Assembly: GCA_965368585.1 (NCBI GenBank)
Contig: CBDUNM010000011.1
Coordinates: 139-64,138 of the forward strand
Length of the DNA: 64,000 bases
From: an uncultured Chromatiales bacterium
GTDB taxonomy: Bacteria > Pseudomonadota > Gammaproteobacteria > Chromatiales > Chromatiaceae
Direction of reading: 5' to 3'
Of this stretch, positions 33,377-41,898 are shown piece after piece. Positions within the stretch are counted from its first letter, which is position 1. Each line of letters opens with the position of its first letter. A program made the position numbers and the translations under genes. The notes under the pieces are model-generated. The model ran no database searches. It was given only the letters and a program-made list of their open reading frames with translations, and had not been told where the DNA came from.

Positions 33377-35077
33377 GTGCGGGTAAACCCAACCGACAGG
33401 AAGCACGCCGTGAACAAGTTCGATCATCGCAAGTATCGCCCGACACAAACTACACCGGTGCACAACCGCCAGTGGCCGAATCGCACCATCGACGCCGCTC
33501 CGATCTGGGCCAGTGTCGATCTGCGTGACGGTAATCAGGCGCTGCTCGAACCGATGAACGTCGCGCAGAAACGCCGTCTGTGGGCGCTGCTGGTCAAGCT
33601 CGGCCTGAAGGAAATCGAAGTCGGTTTCCCCTCGGCCAGTCAGCCCGACTACGATTTCGTGCGCTGGCTGATCGAAGCGGACCAGATTCCCGACGACGTC
33701 ACCGTCCAGGTGCTGGTACAGGCGCGCGACGACCTCATTGCACGTACTTTCGAGGCGCTGCAAGGCATCAAGCGCGCCAACGTGCACGTCTACAATTCGA
33801 CCTCCACGGTGCAGCGCGAACGGGTGTTTAATCGCGACCGCGATGGCATCAGGCAAATCGCTGTGCACGGCGCCGAACTGTTACGGCGCGAAGCGCTCAA
33901 GCACCCGGAAACCCAATGGATCTTTCAGTATTCACCGGAGAGTTTCTCCAACACCGAATGGGACTATGCGGTGGAAGTGTGTGAAGCCGTCATAGATGTA
34001 TGGCAGCCGACGCCGGAACGCCCCTGTATATTCAACCTGCCGGCCACGGTCGAAAGCAGCACGCCCAATGTGTTTGCCGACCAGGTGGAGTACTTCTGCA
34101 ACCATATCTCGCGGCGCGACGCCATTATTGTGTCGGTGCACACCCACAACGACCGCGGTTGCGCGGTGGCTGCTTCCGAACTGGCGGTATTGGCGGGCGC
34201 CGACCGCGTTGAAGGCACCTTGATGGGGAACGGCGAGCGCACCGGCAATATGGACATCGTCACCATGGCCATGAACCTGTACAGCCAGGGTGTGGACCCT
34301 AAGCTGGACTTATCCAACGCTGACGAAATCATACAAGTTTACAATCAATGCACCGGCCTGCCTGTACATCCTCGGCACCCCTGGTTGGGCGAACTGGTCT
34401 ACACCGCCTTCTCCGGTTCGCACCAGGACGCCATACGCAAGTGCCTGCACCAACAACAGAACAACGAACCCTGGCAGGTCGCCTATCTGCCTATCGATCC
34501 AAAGGATCTGGGCCGGGATTACCAGGCGGTGATTCGGGTCAATAGCCAATCGGGCAAGGGCGGCGTCGCCTACGTGCTCGAACGCGACTACGGCTTGTGT
34601 TTGCCGCGCTGGCTGCAGGTCGAACTGGCGCAGATCGTCCAGCGTGAAAGTGAAACCCGCCGTGGTGAAATCGACAGTGCGACCATCCATGCGCTGTTCG
34701 AACAACACTTCGTGACTGATCTGGCACCCTGCCGCCTGGAGGGTTACCGCCTCGACCGCAAGGACGGCATCGACGTGATCGATGCCCAACTGTCAGGCAG
34801 CGACGGTCCGCAGGTGATACACGGCGAGGGCGAAGGTGCCATTGCCGCGTTCGTCGACGCCTGGACGGGTGCGTACGGACAGCAGATCAACGTGGTGGAC
34901 TACAGCGAGCACGCGATTGGCTCCGGTACCGACGCTGCCGCGGCGGCCTACGTACAACTGAACGTGGACGGGCTGCGGATCAGCGCCGCCGCCATTGATC
35001 ACGACACCGTGAGTGCGTCACTCAAGGCTGTGCTCGCCGCCATGAACCGGGTGGCCATAAGAAGATGTGCCGCGTGA
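33377..35077 (+). CDS. leuA: 2-isopropylmalate synthase (long, LeuA type 2)
   Basis: WASVDLRDGNQAL, HTHNDRGCAVAASE, C-terminal regulatory domain. The start is the GTG at 33377 or the GTG at 33410. Confidence 0.92.
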   Translation: MRVNPTDRKHAVNKFDHRKYRPTQTTPVHNRQWPNRTIDAAPIWASVDLRDGNQALLEPMNVAQKRRLWALLVKLGLKEIEVGFPSASQPDYDFVRWLIEADQIPDDVTVQVLVQARDDLIARTFEALQGIKRANVHVYNSTSTVQRERVFNRDRDGIRQIAVHGAELLRREALKHPETQWIFQYSPESFSNTEWDYAVEVCEAVIDVWQPTPERPCIFNLPATVESSTPNVFADQVEYFCNHISRRDAIIVSVHTHNDRGCAVAASELAVLAGADRVEGTLMGNGERTGNMDIVTMAMNLYSQGVDPKLDLSNADEIIQVYNQCTGLPVHPRHPWLGELVYTAFSGSHQDAIRKCLHQQQNNEPWQVAYLPIDPKDLGRDYQAVIRVNSQSGKGGVAYVLERDYGLCLPRWLQVELAQIVQRESETRRGEIDSATIHALFEQHFVTDLAPCRLEGYRLDRKDGIDVIDAQLSGSDGPQVIHGEGEGAIAAFVDAWTGAYGQQINVVDYSEHAIGSGTDAAAAAYVQLNVDGLRISAAAIDHDTVSASLKAVLAAMNRVAIRRCAA

Positions 35078-35149
35078 CAACCCGGTAGCATCCGTAGGGC
35101 GGGTAAGCGAAGCGCATCCCGCCGATCAAGAATCCGTGGAGCTGAAGCA

Positions 35150-35536
35150 TTGGAACGGCACGTCGACGCCTGCAACAGCGACGGCGTACCCGACGCGACC
35201 GACGCCTTCCCCCGCAACGCGTCCGAGACCGTGGATACCGATTCCGATGGAACCGGCAACGACCAGGATTTGGACGGCGACGGCATACCCGACAAGGTGG
35301 AAAGCGGTCTAGGGCTCGATCCGTTGGATGACGCGCACGCCATACGGGACGCCGAAAGCGATCTGACGGAGTATCTCAATGGGACCGACCCGCTCCAACC
35401 AGAGAACGACCCAGACGGTGATTGTCATTTTCAATACGCTACTCGAGTAAGCGGGACCGCGGGTAAGGAGACCGTTATGCCAGTGGCAGAACCTAGTGCG
35501 ACGAACGCAGGGCGGATGGCCACGCTGGGTGCGTGA
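35150..35536 (+). pseudogene. Remnant of a thrombospondin-type-3 (calcium-binding DxDxDG) repeat protein gene
   Basis: CNSDGVPDATDAFPRNASETVDTDSDGTGNDQDLDGDGIPDKVESGLGLDPLDDAHA...LTEYLNGTDP. It has no signal peptide, a non-ATG start 70 bp after leuA, and a repeat unit visibly truncated (DAESDLTEYL). Confidence 0.45.
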
Positions 35537-35664
35537 CCAGAGGAGGTTGCTCGCGATTTAGCGGACAAGTCGCGCCTTGCGCATCGCTGAGAAGGCTCCT
35601 ACGGGAGAAGACGTTTGCGGCGCGACCACGCAGCGCCACCGGCGGGGTGATTGCTCCTATCCTC

Positions 35665-38373
35665 CTATGGCCGCTGCGTCGCAAGACGTCGCACGACCGC
35701 TTTTTCGAGTTCCACCAAAAACAGCACCGACGAAGCAACGAGGACGATACGGATCCAGGTATCGAATTCCAGGGCCGACGTGCCGAACAAGGCCTGCATC
35801 GACCCAAGGTAGGTAAACCCGAGCTGAAACACGATGAGCAGGCCGATTGCAATCAGTACGAATCGGTTACCGAACAATCCGGCGTAGTTCAACACCGGGG
35901 CGGTGATATAGCGTGAATTGAAGAGATAGAAGATCTCGAACATCACCAGGGTATTGACGGCCACGGTGCGCGCGGTTTCGATATCGGCGCCTTCGGCGCG
36001 TTCCCAGACGAACAGCCCGAATGTCCCGACCACCAGGATCAGCGACACGAACACGATGCGCCAGACGAACAGGCGATTGAGCACTCCTTCACCCGGTTCG
36101 CGCGGGCGCCTGCGCATGACGTTTTCTTCTGGTGGTTCGAATGCCAGCGCCAATGCCAGCGTGACGGCCGTAATCATATTGACCCACAGAATCTGCACGG
36201 CGGTAATGGGCAGGGAGCGGCCCAATACAATCGCGGCAATGATGATCAAGGCCTCGCCGCCGTTGGTTGGCAGGATAAACAAGATAGCCTTCTTGAGATT
36301 GTCGTAAACGGTGCGCCCCTCTTCCACGGCATGCGAAATAGAGGCGAAGTTGTCATCCGCCAGCACCATCTCCGCGGCCTCCTTGGCGACTTCGGTCCCT
36401 TTCTGCCCCATGGCCGTACCGACATCAGCCCGTTTCAACGCCGGCGCATCGTTCACCCCGTCGCCGGTCATTGCCACGACGTGGCCGTTGGCTTGCAGCG
36501 CCTTCACCAGACGCAGTTTGTGCTCCGGGCTGGAGCGGGCAAAGATGTCGACCTCGTTGACCGCAGCACGCAATTGCTCGTCGTCCATGATCTCGATTTC
36601 GCTGCCGGTCAAGACATTACCGCCGTCGCCAATACCCATCTGGGTACCGATCGCGATTGCCGTGACTGCGTGGTCTCCGGTAATCATCTTCACGCGAATA
36701 CCGGCCGACTGGCACCGCTGCACGGCCAGGATGGCGTCTTCACGGGGGGGGTCGATCATGCCGACCACGCCCAGCAGCGTCAGGTCGTCCTGCATATCGG
36801 CGAAGTGCAGTTCACGATGCTGGTCGTCGGACAGCTTGAAAGCGATCGCCAACAGACGCTGACCGCGACGCGCAATGGAGTCCATGCGGCTGTTCCAGTA
36901 ATCGAGATCGATCGGCGCGTCCTCGCCATGCATCCTTTGACGGGTGCACATCTGCAGGATACGCTCGGGCGCGCCCTTGATGTAAGCAAAACCATGTCCG
37001 GCGTGATCATGATGCAGAGTCGCCATAAAACGGTGTTCGGATTCGAACGGAATGACATCGGTGCGCGGCCACTCCTCGGCTTCGAACGCGGGCGTGAGCC
37101 CGGCCTTGATGCCCAGCGTCAGTAGCGCGCCTTCGGTTGGGTCACCCTGCAGCACCCACTGGCCGTCCTGTTCGTAAAGCGATGCGTCGTTGCATAATAT
37201 GGCGGCACGGGTCAACTCCGCCAGGATGGGGTAGTCGCTGACCGCCACTTCTTCGTCGCCCAGCCGAAAACCGCCGTGCGGGTCGTAGCCGACGCCGCCG
37301 ACGTCGAACAACCCCATGCCGGTGGCCACGGTGCGTACGGTCATCTCGTTGCGGGTCAGGGTACCGGTCTTATCCGAGCAGACCACCGTCACCGCCCCCA
37401 GGGTCTCCACCGCGGGTAGGCGGCGGATGATGGCGCGCCGGCGCGCCATGCGCTGGACGCCAATCGCCAGCGTGATCGTCATGATGGCGGGCAACCCCTC
37501 CGGGATCGCCGCAACCGCCAGACCGACCGCCGCCAGGAACATATCGGGCGCGGAATAGTCCCTGGCCAGCACACCGAAGGCAAATGTGAGGGCGGCGACG
37601 GCGATTATGGCCCCGGTCAGCCAGCGTCCGAACTCGGCCATCTGGCGTAGCAACGGCGTGGTCAGGGTTTCGACCCGTTCCAGCATGGTACTGATGCGGC
37701 CGATCTCGGTCGTCGCGCCGGTGGCCACCACCACGCCACTCGCCTGGCCGTAGGTGACAAAGGTTCCGGAATACGCCATTGAGCGGCGATCGCCCAGCAC
37801 GGCGTCCGCCGCCACGGTATCAACGCCCTTGCCGACAGGCACCGACTCACCCGTCAGCACGGCCTCGTCGATCTGCAGATTCTTGACCCGGATCAGGCGC
37901 AGATCCGCGGGCACCTTATCGCCCGATTGCAGTTGCACGACGTCGCCGGGCACCAGTTCCTCCGCCGGCAAGGTTACGATACGGCCGTCGCGCCGCACCG
38001 CTGCCTGCTGGGATAACATGTCGCGGATGGCATCCAGGGCCTTTTCCGCCTTGCCCTCCTGGACGAACCCGATCACGGCGTTGATCAACACGACACCGAC
38101 GATGACACCGGTATCCACCCAGTGACCGAGCGCGGCCGTGACCGAGGCCGCGGCCAGCAGCACGTAGATCAGCACGTTGTGGAATTGCGCAAAGAAACGT
38201 ACCAGCGGATTGCGCGGCTTGACGACGACCAGCCGATTCGGCCCATACTCGGTGATACGCCGTTCGGCTTCCGCCTGCGAAATACCGTGCGCGGAACTGG
38301 CGAGTTCGCTCAGTACGGTATCCGCCGGCAAGGCATGCCAGTCCCGCCTGACCGCGTTGCTCACCTCAGCCAT
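35665..38373 (-). CDS. Cation-transporting P-type ATPase (P2 type, Ca2+/Mg2+/Na+-like)
   Basis: Start moved to the ATG at 38371-38373 (MAEVSNAVRRDWHALP) behind GGAG. PEGLP, CSDKTGTLT, MITGDH, TGDGVNDAPAL. Confidence 0.92.
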   Translation of the reverse strand: MAEVSNAVRRDWHALPADTVLSELASSAHGISQAEAERRITEYGPNRLVVVKPRNPLVRFFAQFHNVLIYVLLAAASVTAALGHWVDTGVIVGVVLINAVIGFVQEGKAEKALDAIRDMLSQQAAVRRDGRIVTLPAEELVPGDVVQLQSGDKVPADLRLIRVKNLQIDEAVLTGESVPVGKGVDTVAADAVLGDRRSMAYSGTFVTYGQASGVVVATGATTEIGRISTMLERVETLTTPLLRQMAEFGRWLTGAIIAVAALTFAFGVLARDYSAPDMFLAAVGLAVAAIPEGLPAIMTITLAIGVQRMARRRAIIRRLPAVETLGAVTVVCSDKTGTLTRNEMTVRTVATGMGLFDVGGVGYDPHGGFRLGDEEVAVSDYPILAELTRAAILCNDASLYEQDGQWVLQGDPTEGALLTLGIKAGLTPAFEAEEWPRTDVIPFESEHRFMATLHHDHAGHGFAYIKGAPERILQMCTRQRMHGEDAPIDLDYWNSRMDSIARRGQRLLAIAFKLSDDQHRELHFADMQDDLTLLGVVGMIDPPREDAILAVQRCQSAGIRVKMITGDHAVTAIAIGTQMGIGDGGNVLTGSEIEIMDDEQLRAAVNEVDIFARSSPEHKLRLVKALQANGHVVAMTGDGVNDAPALKRADVGTAMGQKGTEVAKEAAEMVLADDNFASISHAVEEGRTVYDNLKKAILFILPTNGGEALIIIAAIVLGRSLPITAVQILWVNMITAVTLALALAFEPPEENVMRRRPREPGEGVLNRLFVWRIVFVSLILVVGTFGLFVWERAEGADIETARTVAVNTLVMFEIFYLFNSRYITAPVLNYAGLFGNRFVLIAIGLLIVFQLGFTYLGSMQALFGTSALEFDTWIRIVLVASSVLFLVELEKAVVRRLATQRP

Positions 38374-38679
38374 GGATTCTCCAGAAGATTGATCTACCGA
38401 CGCAGCCAGCCGCGCCCCAGCAACAAACCAGCCGCTGCACCTGCCGTCATCGGCCAGGTAAGATCGGGTGTTCCCTTCCAAAATTCCGCGGCGCTCCAGG
38501 CGCCGACATCCGCCCCGACCGAACCCAGCAGTACCACGCGCATTAAACTACACCACGGGCATTGCGTTGGCTGGTTCGACATAGGTACTGTCGGGGTCTC
38601 GGCGAAGTTGGTGGCGGGCTGCACTACAATGAATGCCTGTGCTCGAATTCACAACAAATAAATCAGAGGTAGCACAACG

Positions 38680-40068
38680 ATGCAAATCGAATTTTACGGC
38701 GCGACCGGGGGCATCACCGGTTCGTGCCACATCGTGCGGACGGACGACCACACGATACTGTTGGACTGCGGTCTGATCCAGGGTCGTCGCGAAGAAGAAG
38801 AAAAGAACCGCCGGCCCTTTCCGTTCTCCCCCAGCGAAATCAGCGCCGTCGTACTGAGCCACGGGCACATCGATCATTCCGGCCGCATTCCGCTGCTGGT
38901 CAAACAAGGCTATCGGGGACCCATCTACGCCCAGAACGCGACCCGGGACCTGTGCGAGATCCTGTTGCAGGACGCCGCCTATCTTCAGGAGCGCGACGCA
39001 CAGTACGAAAACAAATGGCGTCAACGCAAGAAAAAGCCCCCGATTGATCCGCTGTTCACGGTCGGAGATGCGCGCCACGCGCTCAACAACATCATTGGTC
39101 TGCGCTATCGAGACAAAAAGGAAATACTGCCCGGCATACAGATCCGCTACCAGGACGCGGGCCACATACTGGGTTCTTGCAGCGTCGAGGTCTGGCTGAG
39201 CGAAGGGGGCAAGCAGCGAAAAATAGTCTTTAGCGGGGATCTCGGCCAATACGACACCCCGATCCTGAATGATCCCGCCGTCATTCGGGAGGCCGATCAC
39301 GTGCTGATCGAAAGCACCTACGGCAATCGGCTGCACCGCGATCGGCAAGCGACCGTCGAGGAAATCGGCGATATCATTCGCAGCGCCAATCACGACAAAG
39401 GCAATCTACTCATCCCGGCTTTCTCGATCGGCCGCACCCAGGAAGTGCTGTACTACCTGGGGCTGCACTATGACGCGTGGGAACTGGACCGTTGGGAGGT
39501 GTTTCTCGACAGCCCCATGGCCATCAAGGCGAGCAAGGTTTACTGGGAGTATCCGCACCTTTACGACGACGACGCCACCAAGCTGCGCAAGAGAATTCAC
39601 GAAATGCCGCATCTGCAGAATCTGCGCTTGAGCGAGACACCACAGGACTCGATGGCGATCAACCGCATCCAGAGCGGCGCCATCGTGATCGCGGGCAGCG
39701 GCATGTGCAACGGCGGACGGATCGTGCACCATCTGAAACACAATATTTCCCGGCGCGGTGCGCACGTCATGATCGTCGGCTACCAGGCCAATGGGACGCT
39801 CGGCCGAAGACTGGTGGACAAGCACCCTCAAGTCAGGATCCACGGTGACGAATACCCCGTGAGGGCCAATGTCCACACGGTCGGCGGTCTTTCGGCGCAC
39901 GGCGATGTCGATGATCTGATGCGCTGGATCGGCAATTTCGAAACCCATCCGCAGGTACATGTGGTCCATGGCGAACCCGAGTCGAAACAGAACTTCAGCG
40001 AACGTTTGCGGCGGGACCTCCACCTCGAGGCATCGGTGCCCGAACCGGGCGAGGTGCTTGAACTCTGA
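38680..40068 (+). CDS. MBL-fold beta-CASP family hydrolase (RNA-metabolising metallo-beta-lactamase type)
   Basis: VLSHGHIDHSG, QDAGHILGS, ESTYG, GGLSAHGD. Confidence 0.88.
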   Translation: MQIEFYGATGGITGSCHIVRTDDHTILLDCGLIQGRREEEEKNRRPFPFSPSEISAVVLSHGHIDHSGRIPLLVKQGYRGPIYAQNATRDLCEILLQDAAYLQERDAQYENKWRQRKKKPPIDPLFTVGDARHALNNIIGLRYRDKKEILPGIQIRYQDAGHILGSCSVEVWLSEGGKQRKIVFSGDLGQYDTPILNDPAVIREADHVLIESTYGNRLHRDRQATVEEIGDIIRSANHDKGNLLIPAFSIGRTQEVLYYLGLHYDAWELDRWEVFLDSPMAIKASKVYWEYPHLYDDDATKLRKRIHEMPHLQNLRLSETPQDSMAINRIQSGAIVIAGSGMCNGGRIVHHLKHNISRRGAHVMIVGYQANGTLGRRLVDKHPQVRIHGDEYPVRANVHTVGGLSAHGDVDDLMRWIGNFETHPQVHVVHGEPESKQNFSERLRRDLHLEASVPEPGEVLEL

Positions 40069-40096
40069 CGGAAGCGCGTCCGGCAACTGCGGTCCC

Positions 40097-41554
40097 GTGT
40101 ACCTTCGAACCATTCGCCCGCATTACGGCAAGACCGTGCCGACCCTGCTCTGGCTGATCGCCTGGCTGTTGGTCTCGACGACGGTCGGCGCAAAGACGCT
40201 GCCCGACAGCGTAGCCGGTGAATTGCGGCGACTGGGGATTCCGCCGAGTTCGCTGAGTGTGCATGTGCAGCGGGTCGCGACCAAGAAACCGCGTCTGGCT
40301 TTCAACGCCGAGCAGCCGCGCAACCCCGCCTCGGTGATCAAACTTCTGACCAGTTTGGTGGCGCTGGAAATACTCGGCCCCGCCTACACGTGGAAAACCG
40401 AAGCCTGGCTGAGTGGCAACCTGCGCCAGGGAACGCTCGAAGGCGACCTGGTGCTGAAAGGCTACGGCGACCCGTTCCTGACGCCCGAAAAATTCTGGCA
40501 GTTGCTGCGGGGCCTGCGCGAACGGGGGCTGGAGCGAATCGACGGCAACCTGATCGTCGACGACAGCCACATCGCGTCCCCCACGAAGGACCGCGGCGCC
40601 TTCGACGGCAAGCCCCAACGTGCCTACAATGCCCTGCCCAACGCGTTGAGCCTCAATTTCCAGGCGACCCGGATCACGGTGTTACCCGATCTCGCGAACG
40701 GCACGGTGCGCGCATTCGCCTACCCGCCGCTGGCCAACCTCGCCTTCGACAACGCCGTGCAGCTCATTGACGGCCCCTGCACTCGCGGGCAGCGCCGCCC
40801 GACCATGCATTTTCGCCGAGCGGGCGGCGGCGCCACCCTCGAACTGCGCGGGAAGCTGGCCACGGGCTGCCCCGAGGGTTCCTCGTCGTTTCTGGTCATG
40901 TCGCCGCACCAGCAGCTGGAGGGTGCCTTCCGTGCCTTGTGGGCGGAATTGGGGGGTTCATTCGACGGGCAGCTGCTCGAGGGGGCGTCGCCCGCCGGTG
41001 CGGAGCTGTTCCATCGATTGAATTCGCGCCCGCTGACCGACATTCTTCGCGGCATGAACAAGTTCAGCAACAATCTGATGAGCCGCTTGGTGTTTCTCAC
41101 CATCGGGTCCGAGCGGTACGAGGCGCCGGGCACGCCGCTGAAAGCCCGCCGGGCGGTTCAAGAATGGCTCGTCAAGGAAGGTATCGGGTCGCAGGACATC
41201 AAGATCGACAACGGTGCCGGCCTGTCCAGGGACACGCGCATCAGCGCGTCCGAACTGGCGCACCTGCTGCGCAACGCCTACTTCAGCCCGTACATGGCGG
41301 AGTTCATCTCGTCGATGCCGATCATCGGCATCGACGGCACCATGCGGCAGCGGCTGAACGGCACCGCCCTGGTGGGCCGCGGCCATATCAAGACCGGCTC
41401 GATCGACGACGTCAACGCCATGGCCGGCTACGTGCAGGACAAGCACGATCGCCGCTGGGTCGTCGTCTCGATTCTGAATCACGAGAAAGCGGGTTGGCGA
41501 ACCAATCAAATCCAGGACGCGCTGCTCGAATGGGTCTATGCCGGTGCCCCTTGA
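40097..41554 (+). CDS. dacB: D-alanyl-D-alanine carboxypeptidase/endopeptidase (PBP4)
   Basis: I prefer the GTG at 40097 (signal/TM LLWLIAWLLVSTTVGA). PASVIKLLTS (SxxK), SNNLM, KTGS. Confidence 0.88.
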   Translation: MYLRTIRPHYGKTVPTLLWLIAWLLVSTTVGAKTLPDSVAGELRRLGIPPSSLSVHVQRVATKKPRLAFNAEQPRNPASVIKLLTSLVALEILGPAYTWKTEAWLSGNLRQGTLEGDLVLKGYGDPFLTPEKFWQLLRGLRERGLERIDGNLIVDDSHIASPTKDRGAFDGKPQRAYNALPNALSLNFQATRITVLPDLANGTVRAFAYPPLANLAFDNAVQLIDGPCTRGQRRPTMHFRRAGGGATLELRGKLATGCPEGSSSFLVMSPHQQLEGAFRALWAELGGSFDGQLLEGASPAGAELFHRLNSRPLTDILRGMNKFSNNLMSRLVFLTIGSERYEAPGTPLKARRAVQEWLVKEGIGSQDIKIDNGAGLSRDTRISASELAHLLRNAYFSPYMAEFISSMPIIGIDGTMRQRLNGTALVGRGHIKTGSIDDVNAMAGYVQDKHDRRWVVVSILNHEKAGWRTNQIQDALLEWVYAGAP

Positions 41555-41679
41555 CTCCTTTCGGTTATCATCCTTTCGTTCTGGCCCGTGCGAGAAGTCT
41601 GCGGATCCCGACCGGACCGCGGCGCATGCGTTCGCCCGAACTGCTGGCGGACCGTCACGACTGGATGTAATCTTTCTGC

Positions 41680-41840
41680 GAGGCTGTCGGGTTATGGGGG
41701 ATCGTAGCGGGAAGGCGGGAGAGGGAGGCCAAATGTTCCGGATTCGAGGCGCATAGTGGGCCTGTGTAACAAGAATTCAAGGATATTTAGACCGTTCCCC
41801 GCCATCTTCGCAGTAGCTTCATCCATAATCGGACAGCCTC
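41680..41840. mobile_element. Second MITE copy (161 bp), inverted relative to the copy at 31190-31349 and diverged
   Basis: TIRs are GAGGCTGTCGGGTTATGG / (rc) GAGGCTGTCCGATTATGG (16/18). The internal GAGGCGCATAGTGG sits at offset 66, the same offset as GAGGCGAATAGTGG in the reverse complement of the first copy. The shared sub-terminal motif is CGCAGTAG. Confidence 0.7.
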
Positions 41841-41846
41841 CTCGGT

Positions 41847-41885
41847 GAGGCTGTCCGAGAATCGGCTGATCTACCGCGGACTCCC
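41847..41885 (+). repeat. Solo MITE/IS end abutting the second MITE head-to-head
   Basis: GAGGCTGTCCGAGAATCGGCTGATCTACCGCGGAC matches the left end of the 31190 copy at 30/35 positions. It is separated from the 41840 end by only CTCGGT, which makes an imperfect palindrome of about 80 bp. Confidence 0.7.
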
Positions 41886-41898
41886 CGGAGGGTTGAGG

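Noticed and set aside
35098-35123. GGCGGGTAAGCGAAGCGCATCCCGCC hairpin just after leuA, which looks REP-like.
   Set aside because: Only one copy is visible in the window and no U-tract follows. I cannot support a REP family or a terminator call from this window alone.
36713-36728. Other TGGCAC occurrences examined as possible sigma-54 promoters: 36713, 34721, 25025, 5743, 56303 and 63651.
   Set aside because: They lie inside coding regions and/or lack a GC element at the required GG-N10-GC spacing.
38394-38624. Small minus-strand ORF ending 20 nt upstream of the P-type ATPase start. From the internal Met it would give a 49-aa hydrophobic peptide (MRVVLLGSVGADVGAWSAAEFWKGTPDLTWPMTAGAAAGLLLGRGWLRR), reminiscent of small regulatory subunits of P-type ATPases.
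   Set aside because: There is no convincing RBS before the internal ATG, the composition is indistinguishable from GC-rich noise, and I recognise no family. It is worth a Ribo-seq look but is not supportable as a feature.
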